DNA of 64,000 nucleotides from Orbicella franksi (taxonomy: Eukaryota), in assembly GCA_964199315.1 (NCBI GenBank), contig OZ116702.1, positions 7,440,001 to 7,504,000 on the forward strand, in the 5' to 3' direction. The position numbers were made by a program, and so were the translations under genes. Of this stretch, positions 60,821-64,000 are shown piece after piece; position 1 is the first letter of the stretch; every line of letters starts with the position of its first letter. The notes under the pieces are model-generated. The model ran no database searches, was not told the DNA's origin, and saw only the letters and a program-made list of their open reading frames with translations.

Positions 60821-61726
60821 TAGCTAATTGTGGCGCGGATATTCACACTTTTTACAGTGAGGATCTCAGTGTGATTAACCGTAAAACGTAAAGCGGGCCA
60901 AACCAGGAGCCAAACATTTAGGCGTAAAAAACGTAGACTTTTAACCGTTAGCAGTAAAAAAATATATTACCCGTCTTGTGGCTTGTAAGCTATATCAATC
61001 TACAATTCTTATAAAAATACCTTTCTCCGTCCCGGAATGGGCCTAAGACTTTAAATATCTTTTGCAATACTCTCTACCTAAATTTTTAACTTTCGTGATC
61101 AATGAAAGTTAATTTTTAACCCTTTAAAATAATGGTAATTAACTTCTAAGATTTTTGTTAACCGTAAGGAAAACAGACGTAAAAAAGCCAAAATATTGAC
61201 CGTCAGCCGTAAAAGCCGCCACCCCATTGAGACACTGTTATGTAATTGCTTCATATTTCTGTTGACGAGTTACCTTGTGCCTCTGTTTCAAAACGAGACC
61301 TCCTGCAAAACCGTCCATACTGAAAATGAGGAACACATTTTCATATCAATGTTTTCAAACGAAGACATGTTTTGACACAGAGGCAACAGGCAACTCGAAA
61401 ATGGCCTTTTAAAAGTGGATAAATGAGAAGTCAAAGCACTCGTCACGAATGTTGTGAGACCATGGTACCCCACCAGTCCTCAAGCTTCCCCACCCCTCCC
61501 CTGGAGAGGGATTTTACCTCTGCCGCTAATATTCTCGGTGAAACATGGTCATCAAGCAGCGATGCTAGGAAACTAAATTTTGCATAATACGGTGTTAAGT
61601 CTGTAAATTACGATGTCAACCTGTGTTTTTTTTTTTTCGAGAAGTACAAAGTTCTATAATTAATACTAATCGCTTTTCCGTGGCCACTGTTTGATCAGTG
61701 TTAAAATAATTTAAAAAATTACATAA

Positions 61727-62479
61727 CTAATTTTCACAACCCACTGGCTTCACCACCTTCCACCAGTTATATGGATACAGATGTTTCATGATTTCGATTC
61801 CATTCCTCGGAATAGAGATATTGAAAAATCCGAACTTCACTTTGGGCAGTGGTGGCTGCACCAAGCTCGAAGGAAACGAATGATACAGTCTGTAGTTGAT
61901 TGGCATCAACTTTGACTCTACACCAGGCCTACCCATTATTCCATTATAATCATAATACACAAAGAGATCCAACGTGGGCCAGCTCTGGCCTTTTTCAGAT
62001 ATAACCATCAATGAACTCTGCCATAACCTGCTTTCAACTGACAGTCCAAGCACTGTGAACAAAGCTTGAAATTCTTCAAACGCTATTTGACTGAATGGGC
62101 CTTCACCATTTATTGCAAGATCGACATCATCGTCCCATGGGAGGGGACCCTCTATACCTCTTAGTGGCCCCCATATGGAACCGTACATCAACCAGCAATC
62201 GATACCTTTGTGTTCCAGAATGGTATGTACCTTGTAAGTTAGCTGCACTAGGCGGTCTATATCTTCCTTGGAGTTCTTGCATTTCGCAGGTGGACCCCAG
62301 GGTTTATTTCCAGTGTAACGACCTGGAGTAACGAGGTTGATGTTAAGGAACACAACAAGTATAATGCATATTACACCAATTTTGAGACAGTTGCGGCCAC
62401 GCCGTCTCGAAGAACAGAACTTTCTCTTAAGTAACACAACAAGGTTCTTTAGATATACTCCCAGCGTTGGTTCTGCCAT
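61727..62479 (-). CDS. LicD-family (fukutin/FKRP-related) phosphotransferase, type II membrane protein, about 250 aa
   Basis: Basic stretch followed by a TM helix (IGVICIILVVFLNINL), then WLMYGSIWGPLR...LPWDDDVDL and a downstream LDLF. A poly-T/CAG acceptor (AG at 62505-62504) precedes the ATG at 62479, so the longer ORF start at 62536 is probably intronic. Confidence 0.88.
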   Translation of the reverse strand: MAEPTLGVYLKNLVVLLKRKFCSSRRRGRNCLKIGVICIILVVFLNINLVTPGRYTGNKPWGPPAKCKNSKEDIDRLVQLTYKVHTILEHKGIDCWLMYGSIWGPLRGIEGPLPWDDDVDLAINGEGPFSQIAFEEFQALFTVLGLSVESRLWQSSLMVISEKGQSWPTLDLFVYYDYNGIMGRPGVESKLMPINYRLYHSFPSSLVQPPLPKVKFGFFNISIPRNGIEIMKHLYPYNWWKVVKPVGCEN

Positions 62480-63544
62480 GCAACCACGGAGTACAACAGC
62501 TAACTGAAAAAAAAAAAAAAAGAAATACAGCAACAACAGCTTGTATGTGTTACGGAACAGTTAGAATTCGTTATACATTTCGTAAACAGAATCAATGAGC
62601 AACATCTGCCACTCAAAGCTGCTTTGGACGCACTCAAAAAACGGCACGGAACCTCAAAATTTCGGCACTCAGCCCAAACCATTGACACACGCCAAAATAG
62701 CCTGCAGTGCAGGCGTCTTATTGGGGCGAGTTAGCGTTACAACCTTGCGACCGCCTTTTTAGACCGCCATGTTAGACGGTGGGGGATGGGGGAGGGGAAA
62801 AATGAGAAGACGCCTGCCCGAAAAGCCCGTTAAAATGCGAAACACCTCCTGATTAGTTGCGCTTCACTGCATTTCCGGAAATGAGCGGGTAACCAATCAA
62901 AATGAGGTTTTCTCGACACCAGAAGTCTCGCGAGGGTACACACCACGAGAAGTTTGTGCCAAGCCGCAGGATGTCTTGCATTCTCACAGAGATACGTGTT
63001 GCGCTAGCGACTTCAGACGTATAGAGTATTTTAGAAATACCGGCAACTGATGAGATCCACATGGAGGATCGAAACCATGGTCTTGCCTGAACTAAGCCGA
63101 ACAATGGCATATAAAACACGCAAAACAGTTAACGGAACTTGCGCGTAAACAGCTACACTTGAATCATGTGGTGCCAGAACAACCAAAGGAGGAATAAACC
63201 TATACATCGAGCAAGAGAAACATAAGCTCGATCAGATAGCTGCAAGAAACATAAGAATGTCTCTAGACAAACGTATAGCTTTCTCAAAGTAAAGCTACAG
63301 CGTCTCCGAAGGAAAACGTACGAGAACAAATATGATATTCATGATAAGGATCTACCTACTGTGCTTGTAAACAGTTCTAGTCACAGCCGGGCCCGGTGTC
63401 ACAATATAGAATGCAAGTAAGCAACATGTTCACGGTAAATTTCATATTTTGTCCCTCAAAAGCAAATTCATGGAGAACAGAGAACGGCAAATGTACAAAT
63501 GTCACGAACCGTAGAAGTCGTGTAGGCTAGTCAACCCCATTTTA

Positions 63545-63730
63545 CGTAAATATTAAGCTTTTCCCAAAGCCAGTGGCTAGCACCAGATCTTTTCCGGATA
63601 CCAGTGTGGAAATTGCGTCTTTTTGCTCCGTTCGTAATTCGCGAGACATTCCAAGTTCACATAAACGCTTGAGAGATTCCTCGCGAGCGGAATCGAAACT
63701 AACAACATCACTTTCGACAGAGTTTGCCAT
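63545..63730 (-). pseudogene. RecQ-like (SF2) helicase N-terminal fragment, truncated after motif I
   Basis: MANSV...LRTEQKDAISTLVSGKDLVLATGFGKSLIF matches the Q-motif and motif I (GKDVLAVLPTGFGKSL) with a small deletion. Nothing helicase-like follows. Confidence 0.65.
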
Positions 63731-64000
63731 GTTTCTTACCCGCACGAATGAAACGAAACTAACTGACAGACAACTGACAGGCAGGGTCAAGCCGCACCAA
63801 TCAGAAACTCCGTTCGTGGGCGAACGGAGTTTCCTAAAAGAACAATGACCTCGGGCAGGCGAGATTTTCTTCGCTCCACCCCTCCCCTATCCTTTCTCTT
63901 GCCTATCATTCACCCCCTTGGTAAAACTTTCTTTCTCTCCCCAGTCTTCCACTGCATGAAAAATTCAAGATGGCGGCTAAACTTTTTACGATGTGAGCGC

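Noticed and set aside
61727-62536. Bacterial contamination or recent horizontal transfer for the LicD gene and the intron-less esterases
   Set aside because: They are embedded among eukaryotic repeats. The LicD gene has a splice acceptor and type II topology, and the esterases are paralogues of spliced neighbours.

Overview
Eukaryotic (animal) genomic DNA, AT-rich, with spliced genes and many short non-autonomous repeats. The repeat families look like those of stony corals, but this is recall and was not checked. The backbone is a tandem cluster of six type-B carboxylesterase/cholinesterase-fold genes, each with a signal peptide and a C-terminal hydrophobic tail resembling a GPI signal. CE1 (minus strand) and CE2, CE3, CE4 (plus strand) have two exons with one shared phase-2 intron; CE5 (plus) and CE6 (minus) have no intron in the CDS. 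CE3 has lost a conserved disulfide Cys. CE4 is truncated by a deletion with a templated junction. CE2-CE4 and their upstream DNA arose by local segmental duplication, so paralogous empty sites in the window define several insertions to the base. The largest is a 10.2-kb TTAA-flanked element with GG...CC termini (Kolobok-type, 19227-29432) that encodes a decayed transposase apparently fused to a DEDDh 3'-5' exonuclease. It is interrupted by an intact, very young Ty3/Gypsy element (20862-25370) with identical 139-bp LTRs and a KQDD reverse-transcriptase motif. Also present: hAT-like, CACTA-like and Harbinger-like non-autonomous elements, a palindromic tRNA-cored insertion with a 14-bp TSD, a fold-back element around a Penelope-like fragment, several minisatellites, a LicD-family gene and a RecQ-like fragment. 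There are no CRISPR arrays, rRNA genes or complete tRNA genes.
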